A stretch of DNA of 64,000 nt from Bradyrhizobiaceae bacterium Ga0074131 (GTDB lineage: Bacteria; Pseudomonadota; Alphaproteobacteria; Rhizobiales; Xanthobacteraceae). The notes beneath the pieces were generated by a model that saw nothing but the letters and a program-made list of their open reading frames with translations, ran no database searches and had not been told where the DNA came from. Below are positions 46,092-55,414 of this stretch, one piece after another. The translations under genes and the position numbers were made by a program. Every line of letters begins with the position of its first letter. Position 1 is the first letter of the stretch. The stretch spans positions 16,935-80,934 of the forward strand of contig LNEC01000023.1 of the NCBI GenBank assembly GCA_001464035.1, in the 5' to 3' direction.

Positions 46092-46694
46092 TCAAGCGGC
46101 GCGGGGAGCCGATTTTCGCGTCCTTCGGGCCGGCCGGAGATTGCCGAGTGGCGCGGCCGCACCCAAAGGCGCGATCACCCCCCAGGCGTCGTCCAGCGCG
46201 CCCTCGCGCAGCTCAATTCCGAGCAGCCGGTCGCGTTCGAACGGTCCGGGCAGCGACAGTTCGCCGGTCTTGAGGGCCGAGAAGCCGAAGCGGGCATAAT
46301 ACGGCGCGTCGCCGAGCAGGATCACCGCGCCATGGCCGCGCGCTTTCGCCGCCGCCAGCGCATGGTTCATCAGCGCAGCGCCGATGCCAAGCTCACGGTA
46401 CGAAGCGTCGACCGCCAGCGGGCCGAGCACCAGCGCGGGGTTGCCTCCGGCGCTGACATGCCACAACCGCACGGTTCCGATCAGCCGGCCCTGACGCACC
46501 ACCGAGAAGGCAAGGCCTTCGGCGGGCGCGCTTCCGTCGCGCAGGCGCTGGCAGGTGCGCGTATGGCGGTTTAAGCCAAAGCAGGCATCCAGCAGCGCTT
46601 CCCGCGCAACGACGTCCGAGGCTCGCTCCGCGCGGATCACGAACGGAGCGGCATCGGAAATGAGGGCGACGGCAGTCTTCCGCAAGGCAGTCAT
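46092..46694 (-). CDS. GNAT-family N-acetyltransferase
   Basis: Met59 of ORF 46092..46868. LAVDASYRELGIGAALMNHAL and YYARFGF. Confidence 0.75.
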   Translation of the reverse strand: MTALRKTAVALISDAAPFVIRAERASDVVAREALLDACFGLNRHTRTCQRLRDGSAPAEGLAFSVVRQGRLIGTVRLWHVSAGGNPALVLGPLAVDASYRELGIGAALMNHALAAAKARGHGAVILLGDAPYYARFGFSALKTGELSLPGPFERDRLLGIELREGALDDAWGVIAPLGAAAPLGNLRPARRTRKSAPRAA

Positions 46695-46793
46695 GGCATG
46701 TCCCCGCGTTCGGCGGACATCTGTCCGCGGCGCGTTGTCGGCAAATCGGCAGATGAAGGGGAAGGAGCCGGCGCACCGGCTCCCGATTTCTTC

Positions 46794-46907
46794 TCCCTCT
46801 CCCGCGCTTGCGGAGAGGGCCGGGGTGGGGGGTCGCACAGCGAAACCGCTGTTAGAGTCTTCCCCCACCCGGCGCTTCGCGCCGACCTCCCCCGCGGGCG
46901 GGAGAGG
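46794..46907. repeat. inverted pair of family 2 REP-like elements
   Basis: ctctcccgcgcttgcggagagggccggggtgggggg, and in inverse orientation cccccacccgg...cctcccccgcgggcgggagagg. Confidence 0.8.
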
Positions 46908-46935
46908 TAAGAAAAGCGAGCGCCTCGCTACAGCC

Positions 46936-48078
46936 TCAGATGTGGTAGGTCCGCAGCGGCGGGAAGCCGTTGAACGCCACCGACGAGTAGGTCGACGTAT
47001 ACGCGCCGGTGCCTTCGATCAGCAGCTTGTCGCCGATCTCGAGCGTCACCGGAAGCGGGTACGGCAGCTTCTCGTACATCACGTCGGCGGAATCGCAGGT
47101 CGGACCTGCGAGCACGCACGGCGTCATCTCGGCGCCATCATGCGGCGTCTTGATGGCGTAGCGGATCGACTCGTCCATCGTCTCGGCGAGACCACCGAAC
47201 TTTCCGATGTCGAGATAGACCCAGCGCACCTCGTCCTCGTCGCTCTTCTTGGAGATCAGAACGACTTCGGTCTCGATGATGCCGGCATTGCCGACCATGC
47301 CGCGGCCAGGCTCGATGATGGTTTCCGGGATCGCGTTGCCGAAATGCTTGCGCAGCGCGCGGAAGATCGACCGGCCGTACTGCACGACCGCCGGGACTTC
47401 CTTCAGGTACTTGGTCGGGAATCCACCACCCATGTTGACCATGGACAGGTTGATCCCGCGCTCCGCGCAGTCGCGGAACACCGTCGAGGCCATCGCCAGC
47501 GCGCGGTCCCACGCCTTCACCTTGCGCTGCTGCGAGCCGACATGGAACGAGATGCCATAAGGCTCCAGGCCGAGGCGCTTGGCGAGGTCGAGCACGTCGA
47601 CCGCCATCTCCGGATCGCAGCCGAACTTGCGCGACAGCGGCCATTCGGCGCCTGCGCAATCGTAGAGGATGCGGCAGAACACCTTGGCGCCGGGGGCAGC
47701 ACGGGCGATCTTCTCGACTTCGGCGGAGCAGTCGACCGAGAACAGGCGAATGCCGAGCGCGAAGGCGCGCGCGATGTCGCGCTCCTTCTTGATCGTGTTG
47801 CCATACGAGACACGCTCCGGGGTCGCACCCGCATCCAGCGCCATCTGGATCTCCTGCACCGAGGCACAGTCGAAGCACGAGCCCATCGAGGCCAGCAGCG
47901 ACAGCACTTCCGGCGCCGGGTTGGCCTTGACCGCATAGAACACGCGGCTGTCCGGCAGCGCCGTGGAGAACGTCTGGTAGTTGTCGCGCACGACTTCGAG
48001 GTCGACGACGAGGCACGGCTCGACGTCCTGACCCTCGTTCCGGCGGCTGCGCAGGAATTCCTGGATACGTTCAGTCAT
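46936..48078 (-). CDS. odc: ornithine/lysine decarboxylase (group IV, alanine-racemase fold)
   Basis: Met21 of ORF 46936..48138, after gggaggg. FYAVKANP (PLP-Lys) and NMGGGFP. Confidence 0.9.
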   Translation of the reverse strand: MTERIQEFLRSRRNEGQDVEPCLVVDLEVVRDNYQTFSTALPDSRVFYAVKANPAPEVLSLLASMGSCFDCASVQEIQMALDAGATPERVSYGNTIKKERDIARAFALGIRLFSVDCSAEVEKIARAAPGAKVFCRILYDCAGAEWPLSRKFGCDPEMAVDVLDLAKRLGLEPYGISFHVGSQQRKVKAWDRALAMASTVFRDCAERGINLSMVNMGGGFPTKYLKEVPAVVQYGRSIFRALRKHFGNAIPETIIEPGRGMVGNAGIIETEVVLISKKSDEDEVRWVYLDIGKFGGLAETMDESIRYAIKTPHDGAEMTPCVLAGPTCDSADVMYEKLPYPLPVTLEIGDKLLIEGTGAYTSTYSSVAFNGFPPLRTYHI

Positions 48079-48746
48079 GGTAGCACCCTCCCAAACGGCC
48101 CCAGCGACGGGACACGTCCAAAAATGATCTCGGATCAAAGCGCTCCGGCCACGTTGCGCGATGGAGGCGCGACGGGGCCAAAAAGCTCAGACCGAATTGT
48201 GCTGCCGTGGATTGGTTGGGAATGATCCCGCCCGCACACCTGGCAATGAAGGACAAGCCTCTTCGGTATTCGCGCCGGCTGGTGGAAAGCCGGCAGAGAC
48301 CAAAAAAGCCCGATCCGTCGTTGCTTTAAGTCGCGTCCCCCGTTGAGAACGAGGTGCGCCGGTTCGCCTCCGGCTGCCAGTCACGGTTGCAAGGAGCGAA
48401 GAGACCTTCAACGGCATCTCTTGAGAGAGATGCTGGACGCTCGGATCTTGCGACCTGAGCGACCCTCGGTTCTTCGTCCCTTGGCGGCTGTCCGGCCTCT
48501 TGTCCGGATACCTACCGACTGACACACGACCACAGGCACGTGCGAAATTGGGCAAGAGTGGAAATAGGTGTTTTGACTCGGCTTCGCAATAGTTTTTTTG
48601 GGCTGGAGACGAATTCGCCCAACATGCGCCTGCAGCGGTGCTCTCGGCGCACGCGCGCGTCGCCGATCGTGAACAGACGTTAAGTTTTCTTAAGGGAACG
48701 TCAATATTTTCACAGCCCGGCGGGCGGCTTTGTTGTGCAGCCGACT
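48079..48746 (-). ncRNA. long 5' leader of odc; expected location of the alphaproteobacterial speF RNA motif (not verified)
   Basis: 668 nt with no credible ORF. AT-rich promoter-like patch at about 48690-48715. Several perfect stems, e.g. GCATCTCT/AGAGATGC (48413-48432) and GCCGGCT/AGCCGGC (48274-48294). Confidence 0.4.
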
Positions 48747-49007
48747 TTAGGCGCGGCGCGTGAACGGCTCGATGCGCTGCGCGTTGCGGATGAACGCCAC
48801 CATGATGAAGACGCCGATCGTGAACAACACCGCCTGCAGGATGTGCGTGCCGGTCTCGCTCAGTCCGAACAGGATCGCAAGCGCCCAGCCGCCGGCGAAC
48901 GCCGCGCCGAATACCTCGGCGCCGATCAGGATCGCCGCGCTGACGACAGTGATGACGCTGGGCCAGACGATCCGGCGGGAAGCGGTAGGGAGGGGCTGCG
49001 AGCTCAT
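48747..49007 (-). CDS. small membrane protein (86 aa), unknown function
   Basis: ORF with 2-3 TM helices (VITVVSAAILIGAEVFGAAFAGGWALAILFG...LFTIGVFIMVAFI). Confidence 0.5.
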   Translation of the reverse strand: MSSQPLPTASRRIVWPSVITVVSAAILIGAEVFGAAFAGGWALAILFGLSETGTHILQAVLFTIGVFIMVAFIRNAQRIEPFTRRA

Positions 49008-49138
49008 GGGTCCAGTATCCTGTTGCGGGCCGCAATCTCTATGAAAAGGGTCGTGCTATCAAGCGTAAAAGGCCCAAAAAAGCCGCATCGCGTGATATAG
49101 GCTGCTCCATTCATTCGCGACCAAGACAGGAAATCTCG

Positions 49139-51229
49139 ATGCCGGAAACCTCGGAAATGGCGGCCGCCTCGCTGGCCCCGGCAAACCCGCTTTTGAAGGC
49201 CTGGCAGACGCCGTTCGAAACCCCGCCCTTCGCCGAGATCGCGCCGCAGCACTTCCTCCCGGCCTTTGAGCGGGCCTTCGCCGATCACGCGGCCGAGATC
49301 ATGGCGATCGAGCACGATCCCTCCGCGCCTGATTTCGCCAACACCATCACCGCGCTGGAGCGTTCCGGCAAGCTGCTCTCCAGGGTGGCGGCGGTGTTCT
49401 ACGACCTCGTCTCGGCGCACTCCAACCCCGAGCTGCTGGAGATCGACAAGGAAGTGTCGCTGCGCATGGCGCGGCACTGGAACCCGATCATGATGAACGG
49501 GGTGCTGTTCGGCCGTATCGCGCTGCTGCACGACGACCGCGCCGGCCTCGGGCTATCAGGCGAGCAGAAGCGGCTGCTCGAGCGCACCTATACCCGCTTC
49601 CACCGCGCCGGCGCCGGGCTGAACGAGGACGCCAAGAAGCGGATGGCCGAGATCAACGAGCGGCTGGCGCATCTCGGCACCGCGTTCAGCCATCATCTGC
49701 TCGGCGACGAACAGGACTGGTTCATGGAGCTCGGCGAAGCCGATCGCGACGGCCTTTCCGACAGTTTCGTCGCGGCCGCGAAAGCCGCGGCCGAGGAGCG
49801 CGGCATGGCCGGCAAGGCGGTCATGACGCTGTCGCGTTCCTTCGTGGAGCCGTTCCTGAAGAGCTCCGGCCGCCGCGACCTGCGCGAGAAGGTGTTCAAG
49901 GCTTTCACCGCGCGCGGCGACAACGGCAACGCCAACGACAACAACGCCATCATTGTGGAGATCCTGACGCTGCGGGAGGAGAGCGCCAGGCTGCTGGGAT
50001 TTGCCACCTTCGCCGCCTACCGGCTGGAGGATTCGATGGCCAGGACGCCCGAAGCGGTGCGGGGCCTGTTGGAGCGGGTCTGGAAGCCGGCGCGGGCGCG
50101 GGCGCTTGCCGACCGCGACGCCTTGCAGGCGCTGGTCGCCGAGGAGGGCGGCAACTTCGCGCTGGCGCCGTGGGACTGGCGCTACTATGCCGAGAAGCTG
50201 CGCCAGATCAGGGCCAATTTCGACGACGCCGCGATAAAACCCTACCTCTCGCTCGATTACATGATCGATGCGGCCTTCGACTGCGCGACGCGGCTGTTCG
50301 GCCTCTCCTTCACCGAGCGCAAGGATATCCCGGTCTGGCATCCGGATGTGCGGGTCTGGGAGGTCAAGGATGCCGCGGGCAATCACAAGGCGCTGTTCTA
50401 CGGCGACTACTTCGCCAGGCCTTCAAAACGTTCCGGCGCTTGGATGACTTCGCTGCGCGACCAGCAGAAGCTCGACGGCGAGGTCGCGCCCCTGATCGTC
50501 AACGTCTGCAACTTCTCCAGGGGCGCCGATGGGGAGCCGTCGCTGCTGTCGCCGGACGACGCCCGGACCCTGTTCCACGAATTCGGCCACGCTTTGCACG
50601 GCATGCTGTCGGACGTGACCTATCCCTCGCTGTCGGGCACCAGCGTGTTCACCGATTTCGTCGAGCTGCCGTCGCAGCTGTACGAGCACTGGCAGGAGCA
50701 GCCCCAGGTGCTGCGGCAGTTTGCCCGGCACTACCAGACCGGCGAGCCGCTGCCGGACGACCTGCTGACGCGCTTCATCGCCGCGCGAAAATTCAATCAG
50801 GGTTTTGCCACCGCGGAGTTCGTCTCCTCGGCGCTGATCGATCTGGAATTCCACACCCAGCCGGCCTCGACGATCCAGGACGTGCGGGCGTTCGAACGCG
50901 CCGAGTTGGAGAAGATCGGCATGCCCGCGGAAATCGCGCTACGGCACCGGCCCACCCAGTTCGGCCATATCTTTTCCGGCGATCACTATGCGTCGGGCTA
51001 TTACAGTTACATGTGGTCCGAGGTGATGGATGCCGACGCCTTCGGCGCCTTCGAGGAGGCCGGCGATATTTTCGACCCTTCGATTGCCAAACGGCTGCAC
51101 GACGACATCTATTCCTCCGGCGGCTCGCGCGACCCGGAAGATGCTTATGTCGCGTTTCGCGGCCGCGAGCCGGAGCCCGACGCGTTGCTGCGCCGTCGTG
51201 GCCTGCTGGAAACCCCTAAGGCGGCCTGA
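49139..51229 (+). CDS. dcp: M3-family peptidyl-dipeptidase Dcp
   Basis: 696 aa. HEFGHALH zinc motif and M3 architecture. Confidence 0.9.
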   Translation: MPETSEMAAASLAPANPLLKAWQTPFETPPFAEIAPQHFLPAFERAFADHAAEIMAIEHDPSAPDFANTITALERSGKLLSRVAAVFYDLVSAHSNPELLEIDKEVSLRMARHWNPIMMNGVLFGRIALLHDDRAGLGLSGEQKRLLERTYTRFHRAGAGLNEDAKKRMAEINERLAHLGTAFSHHLLGDEQDWFMELGEADRDGLSDSFVAAAKAAAEERGMAGKAVMTLSRSFVEPFLKSSGRRDLREKVFKAFTARGDNGNANDNNAIIVEILTLREESARLLGFATFAAYRLEDSMARTPEAVRGLLERVWKPARARALADRDALQALVAEEGGNFALAPWDWRYYAEKLRQIRANFDDAAIKPYLSLDYMIDAAFDCATRLFGLSFTERKDIPVWHPDVRVWEVKDAAGNHKALFYGDYFARPSKRSGAWMTSLRDQQKLDGEVAPLIVNVCNFSRGADGEPSLLSPDDARTLFHEFGHALHGMLSDVTYPSLSGTSVFTDFVELPSQLYEHWQEQPQVLRQFARHYQTGEPLPDDLLTRFIAARKFNQGFATAEFVSSALIDLEFHTQPASTIQDVRAFERAELEKIGMPAEIALRHRPTQFGHIFSGDHYASGYYSYMWSEVMDADAFGAFEEAGDIFDPSIAKRLHDDIYSSGGSRDPEDAYVAFRGREPEPDALLRRRGLLETPKAA

Positions 51230-51239
51230 GGTGAACACG

Positions 51240-51878
51240 ATGAAACAACGGTTATTGAGCCTGCTGCTGCTGGCCGGCGTCCTGGCTTCCGGTGCGAAGG
51301 AGGCGCAGGCCCATCCGCATGTCTGGATCACCGCCGCCAGCGAAGTGATCTATGCCGCCGACGGCTCCATGTCGGGCGTGCGCCACGCCTGGACTTTCGA
51401 CGACATGTTCTCGACCTACGCCCTGCAGGGCATCGAGACCAAGGTCAAAGGCGTCTATAGCCGCGAGGAGCTGGCGCCGCTGGCGCAGACCAATGTCGAA
51501 TCGCTGAAGGAGTTCGACTTCTTCACCTTCGCCAAGGCCGACGGCCGAAAAGAGAAATTCCTGGAGCCGGTCGACTACTTCCTGGAATACAAGGACTCGG
51601 CGCTGACGCTGCATTTCACGCTGCCGCTGAAGACGCCGGTCAGGCCGAAAGTGCTGGCGCTGGAAGTGTTCGATCCCGCCTTCTTCATCGATTTCAAGTT
51701 CGCCGACAAGGACCCGATCAAGCTGGTCGGGGCGCCCGCCGCCTGCCAGCTGAAATTTCAGCGGCCGAACGACAGCACCGCCACGGCGCAGAGGCTCACC
51801 GAGGACAATTTCGCCAGCGGCGACAATTCGAACTACGGCGCGATGTTCGCCAACAAGATTTCGGTGCAATGTCCGTGA
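51240..51878 (+). CDS. DUF1007-family periplasmic protein
   Basis: In-frame ATG 51240 of ORF 51030..51878. Signal peptide, then AHPHVWI at the mature N-terminus, as in DUF1007. Confidence 0.7.
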   Translation: MKQRLLSLLLLAGVLASGAKEAQAHPHVWITAASEVIYAADGSMSGVRHAWTFDDMFSTYALQGIETKVKGVYSREELAPLAQTNVESLKEFDFFTFAKADGRKEKFLEPVDYFLEYKDSALTLHFTLPLKTPVRPKVLALEVFDPAFFIDFKFADKDPIKLVGAPAACQLKFQRPNDSTATAQRLTEDNFASGDNSNYGAMFANKISVQCP

Positions 51879-52960
51879 GACCGGATCGGGATCTCGCGCG
51901 CGGCCTGTTGATGTGCGCCGCCGCGGCAACCGGTGTGATGATGCTCGATGGACTGATGCATCAGGTGTTGGCGCAGACGCCGTTCGGCGCGCCGAAGCGC
52001 GCTCCCGAATCCCAGGCCGGCGGCATCGTCGGCTGGATTCTCGCAAAGCAGGCGGAATTCTACCGCGAGATGTCCGCGACCATCCGCGCCGCGAAGTCCG
52101 ACGGTTCCGCGGTCTGGACCCTGCTTGCGATTTCCTTCGCCTACGGCATCTTTCACGCCGCCGGCCCCGGCCACGGCAAGGCGGTGATCTCGTCCTATCT
52201 GGTCGCCAACCAGGAGACGGCGCGGCGCGGCATCGTGCTGTCGTTCGCCTCGGCCCTGATGCAGTCGCTGGTCGCGGTGGCGATCGTCGGGATTTGCGCC
52301 TGGCTGCTCAACGCCACCGCCAAAACCATGTGCGGGACCGAACGAGTCATCGAGATCGCCAGCTATGCGCTGATCGCGGCGTTCGGCGCCCGGCTGGTCT
52401 GGACCAAGGGCGGCGGGTTCATGCGCGCGCTGCAGACCCGCGCGCCGGTGCCTGCGATGGCAGGCGCCGCGCAGCATCATCATGGCCACGATCATGGTCA
52501 TGCTCACGCACATCACCATCACGATCACGGGCACCACCACCGCGATCACGACCCCCACCACGTCCATGACGAGCATTGCGGCCACTCCCATGGTCCGGCC
52601 CCGAGCGAGCTCGCCGGCCCCGGCGGCTGGCGGCGTGGGTTGGGGGCGATTTTGGCGGTCGGCATCCGCCCGTGCTCGGGCGCCATTCTGGTGCTGGTGT
52701 TCGCGCTGGCGCAGGGGTTGTTCTGGGCCGGCATCGCCGCGACTTTCGTGATGGGGCTCGGCACCGCGATCACAGTGGCGACCATCGCCGTCATCGCGGT
52801 GTCTGCGAAAGACCTGGCGAGACGCCTCAGCGGCGGCAGCGAGGGCGGCGGCGCGCTGGTGATGCGCGGCATCGAATTCGGCGCGGCCGGACTGGTGCTG
52901 CTGCTGGGGGTGGGCCTGCTGTTCGGTTACCTCGCCGCCGAGCGGGTGACGTGTCTCTGA
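51869..52960 (+). CDS. NicO/RcnA-like nickel/cobalt (metal) transporter with His-rich loop
   Basis: 363 aa. FHAAGPGHGKAV motif and central loop QHHHGHDHGHAHAHHHHDHGHHHRDHDPHHVHDEHCGHSHG. Overlaps DUF1007 by 10 nt. Confidence 0.8.
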   Translation: MSVRPDRDLARGLLMCAAAATGVMMLDGLMHQVLAQTPFGAPKRAPESQAGGIVGWILAKQAEFYREMSATIRAAKSDGSAVWTLLAISFAYGIFHAAGPGHGKAVISSYLVANQETARRGIVLSFASALMQSLVAVAIVGICAWLLNATAKTMCGTERVIEIASYALIAAFGARLVWTKGGGFMRALQTRAPVPAMAGAAQHHHGHDHGHAHAHHHHDHGHHHRDHDPHHVHDEHCGHSHGPAPSELAGPGGWRRGLGAILAVGIRPCSGAILVLVFALAQGLFWAGIAATFVMGLGTAITVATIAVIAVSAKDLARRLSGGSEGGGALVMRGIEFGAAGLVLLLGVGLLFGYLAAERVTCL

Positions 52961-53030
52961 CCGGATGGAGCTACCGGGCGGCGCGCGGTGTCGCGCGGTT
53001 GAGGAGTCGGCTCGGCTTTGCTACATTGCT

Positions 53031-53354
53031 ATGGACCGCGATGAAGCCATAAGCCGATTGCAGCGGCACGAAGCTGATTTGAAGCGGCTTGGCGTCGAAC
53101 ATCTCTACCTGTTCGGCTCGACGGCGCGCGGAGAGGCAGATCAAGATTCCGACGTGGACCTCTTTTTTGACTACGAGAAGGGCAAGCTCGGCGTGTACGA
53201 GCTAATGGACGTCAAGGAATACGCCGCCAGCATCCTCGGCCGCAAGACGGACATCATGACGCGCGACAGCCTGCATAAGACCCTCCGGGAAGCGATAGAA
53301 GCAACAGCCGTCCGCGTGTTTTGGTGGCTGCACGTTCGCTCATCCCGCGCTTGA
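53031..53354 (+). CDS. MNT-type nucleotidyltransferase antitoxin (MntA-like)
   Basis: In-frame ATG 53031 of ORF 52965..53354. LFGSTARGEADQDSDVDLF = GSxxRGx(n)DxD. Confidence 0.8.
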   Translation: MDRDEAISRLQRHEADLKRLGVEHLYLFGSTARGEADQDSDVDLFFDYEKGKLGVYELMDVKEYAASILGRKTDIMTRDSLHKTLREAIEATAVRVFWWLHVRSSRA

Positions 53355-53596
53355 CGGACATCATCGAGGCGATCGAACGCGTCAATGGTGTATTGGCGGA
53401 TTTGTCGCTTGAGGCATTTGAAAGCGACTGGCAGCGGCAATGGCTCGTGGAGCGCGGTGTTGAGATTATTTCCGAAGCCAGTCGTCATCTTCCGGATGAC
53501 TTGAAAACGCGTAATCCGGAAATCCCCTGGCAGAAAGTTGCGGGGATTGGCAACGTGCTGCGCCACAACTACGAGAATATTGCAGCAGCTGTGTAG
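53321..53596 (+). pseudogene. HepT/DUF86 HEPN toxin, apparently C-terminally truncated
   Basis: 91 aa ending ...AGIGNVLRHNYENIAAAV. The ORF stops a few residues after the HEPN R-x-x-x-x motif region, and the roughly 30 C-terminal residues normally present are missing. Confidence 0.55.
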
Positions 53597-53679
53597 TCAC
53601 GCGCAACGTATCGGATTTCAAGCCTGCCGGGGTCGTTGTCTTCGATCCGTTCAAAAGCCGCATGAGCCGGAAGTCATAA
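53593..53679 (+). pseudogene. 3' remnant of a PIN-domain (vapC-like) toxin gene
   Basis: Hand translation of the +1 frame gives VVTRNVSDFKPAGVVVFDPFKSRMSRKS then stop. TRNxxDF...DPF is the characteristic PIN C-terminus. No upstream PIN body is present. Confidence 0.3.
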
Positions 53680-53756
53680 AAGGCACAAGTCGCCGGGAAA
53701 ACGGTTTCGGTGGGCTATATGGGCGAACCAACACGCAGAAGGTTAGACGGGAATTC

Positions 53757-54191
53757 ATGTCACGCGAGCAATTCTGGTTCTTCCACCCGTTCCGGGTGCG
53801 ATATTCGGAGATCGACGGTCAGGGCGTGGTATTCAACGCGCATTACCTGACCTATTTCGATACGACCATCACCGAGTATTTTCGCGCCCTGGGCTACGAC
53901 CAGTATGCCGACGCCAAGACGACCGGCATCGACTTCCATGTCGTCAGATCGCTCATTGAATACAAGGCGCCGGTCCGCTTCGACCAGGAAATCGACGTCG
54001 GCGCGCGGGTGGCGCGGATCGGCAATACGAGCCTCGCCTTCGAACTTGCCATCTTTCTGAGGGGCGGCATTGACCCGCTGGTAACCGGCGAGATCGTCTG
54101 GGTCTACACCAGCCAGGAGACCCATCGTGCGGTCCCGATACCGGCATCGATCCGGGGATTGATAGCCACGCGCGAACTGCATCTGGCCTGA
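53757..54191 (+). CDS. acyl-CoA thioesterase (4HBT/YbgC hotdog family)
   Basis: In-frame ATG 53757 of ORF 53538..54191. VRYSEIDGQGVVFNAHYLTYFD. Confidence 0.8.
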   Translation: MSREQFWFFHPFRVRYSEIDGQGVVFNAHYLTYFDTTITEYFRALGYDQYADAKTTGIDFHVVRSLIEYKAPVRFDQEIDVGARVARIGNTSLAFELAIFLRGGIDPLVTGEIVWVYTSQETHRAVPIPASIRGLIATRELHLA

Positions 54192-54199
54192 GGCGGCCA

Positions 54200-54231
54200 C
54201 CTCCCGCGGCCCTCACACGGACTGCGGGAGG
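54200..54231. terminator. hairpin between convergent genes
   Basis: CCTCCCGC (54200-54207) / GCGGGAGG (54224-54231). No clear U-tract. Confidence 0.4.
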
Positions 54232-54289
54232 CGTCACAGGATGAGAGATCGAGGAGATTCGAAGAGTCCATCGGCGGAAGTGGCCAGGC

Positions 54290-55393
54290 TCATTCAACTT
54301 CCTTCATCCAACGTACAATCCCGGGCCAATATCCTTCAAGCGTTCGCCTCCCCATGAACAGACTGAGATGACCGCAAGGGGCGACCGCGCGGCGAAGAGA
54401 TTCCCGCCGCGTTCCTACGAGCCGTTCCACTGCAAGCAATTGTTCCGGGGCGACCACTTTGTCGGCGCTCCCGGCCAGAAGATACATCGGAAGCCGCAGT
54501 CGCGAGAGGTCGATCTTTTGTCCCAGGGCCACGAAGTTTCCGCTGGCGAGTTCGTTGCGCTTGTATAGTTTCTCGATAACTTCCAGGTAGTATTTTCCGG
54601 GAACGTCGATCGTCCAGGAATTCCAGTTCTTGAAGATGGCTTCGAGCCGCGTGAATTCCGGTGAGCCGATCGGCTGAAGGATCTGCAGAGCTTCGCGAAT
54701 ACCGGTTGCGTCAGTGTCATTTCCCCAGAACCGCGCGATATTGCGGCCGATAACGAGACCATCGCCGAGCTTAACCAGGCTCTCAAACACCATCAGGGGA
54801 GTGGCCTCGGCGATAGCCGACAAACCGGATTGCTGCGCAGCAAGATCAACCGGCGCGCCGGCCATAACGAGCTTGCGCACCTTGGCCGGGAATCGGCCCG
54901 CATAGACCAGGGATAACCACCCGCCCTGGCAAAGTCCCACGAGATCAACCAGGCCGCCGACATGATCGACAAGGACATTGAGATCGGCGAGATATTCGTC
55001 GATTCCGAGAAATCGCATGTCGGCGCTGGCGGAGCGCCAATCGGCCATGAACAGTCGTTCAATTCCGGCGCCACGGAGGGCGGCAACGAGACTGTGTCCG
55101 GCTGCGAGGTCGGCAATGGCGGCTCCATGCAGCGCGAGCGGTGGGCATAGCAGGGTGGGAACGCCGCTCTTGGCCTCGGTAAAGTCACGAAGCCGGACTG
55201 CATGCAGCTCCAGCGCAATCCTGCTTGGCGTGGCTCGTTCCGGCTCTTGCAAAGTACGGGCGTCAGCAGCATCGGCCGACAGTCCCAGAAGATGCGCCGC
55301 TACGGAGGAGGCGGTTTCAGCGGCTGATGCAGCGACGAGCGCAGGCCAGAAGAATGCCGCATACGGGAATTGATCTCCTGGATACCGATCCAT
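54290..55393 (-). CDS. alpha/beta-hydrolase fold protein, class III PHA synthase (PhaC)-like
   Basis: 367 aa. Lipase-box-like GLCQGG (G-x-C-x-G with Cys nucleophile) and LLAGSADKVVAP. The size fits class III/IV PhaC. Confidence 0.6.
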   Translation of the reverse strand: MDRYPGDQFPYAAFFWPALVAASAAETASSVAAHLLGLSADAADARTLQEPERATPSRIALELHAVRLRDFTEAKSGVPTLLCPPLALHGAAIADLAAGHSLVAALRGAGIERLFMADWRSASADMRFLGIDEYLADLNVLVDHVGGLVDLVGLCQGGWLSLVYAGRFPAKVRKLVMAGAPVDLAAQQSGLSAIAEATPLMVFESLVKLGDGLVIGRNIARFWGNDTDATGIREALQILQPIGSPEFTRLEAIFKNWNSWTIDVPGKYYLEVIEKLYKRNELASGNFVALGQKIDLSRLRLPMYLLAGSADKVVAPEQLLAVERLVGTRRESLRRAVAPCGHLSLFMGRRTLEGYWPGIVRWMKEVE

Positions 55394-55414
55394 TTGACAA
55401 ATATCCGGTGCCCC

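Noticed and set aside
48071-48256. 61-codon ORF ending 5 nt inside odc, as a possible ornithine-sensing leader peptide like enterobacterial speFL.
   Set aside because: The translation looks non-coding (no SD, odd composition), and I cannot show conservation. It is mentioned only as something to examine if the leader proves regulatory.
51200-51240. Zur box or cobalamin riboswitch controlling the DUF1007-NicO pair.
   Set aside because: Only 10 nt separate it from dcp. There is no palindrome of the ATAATGT/ACATTAT type and no room for a riboswitch.
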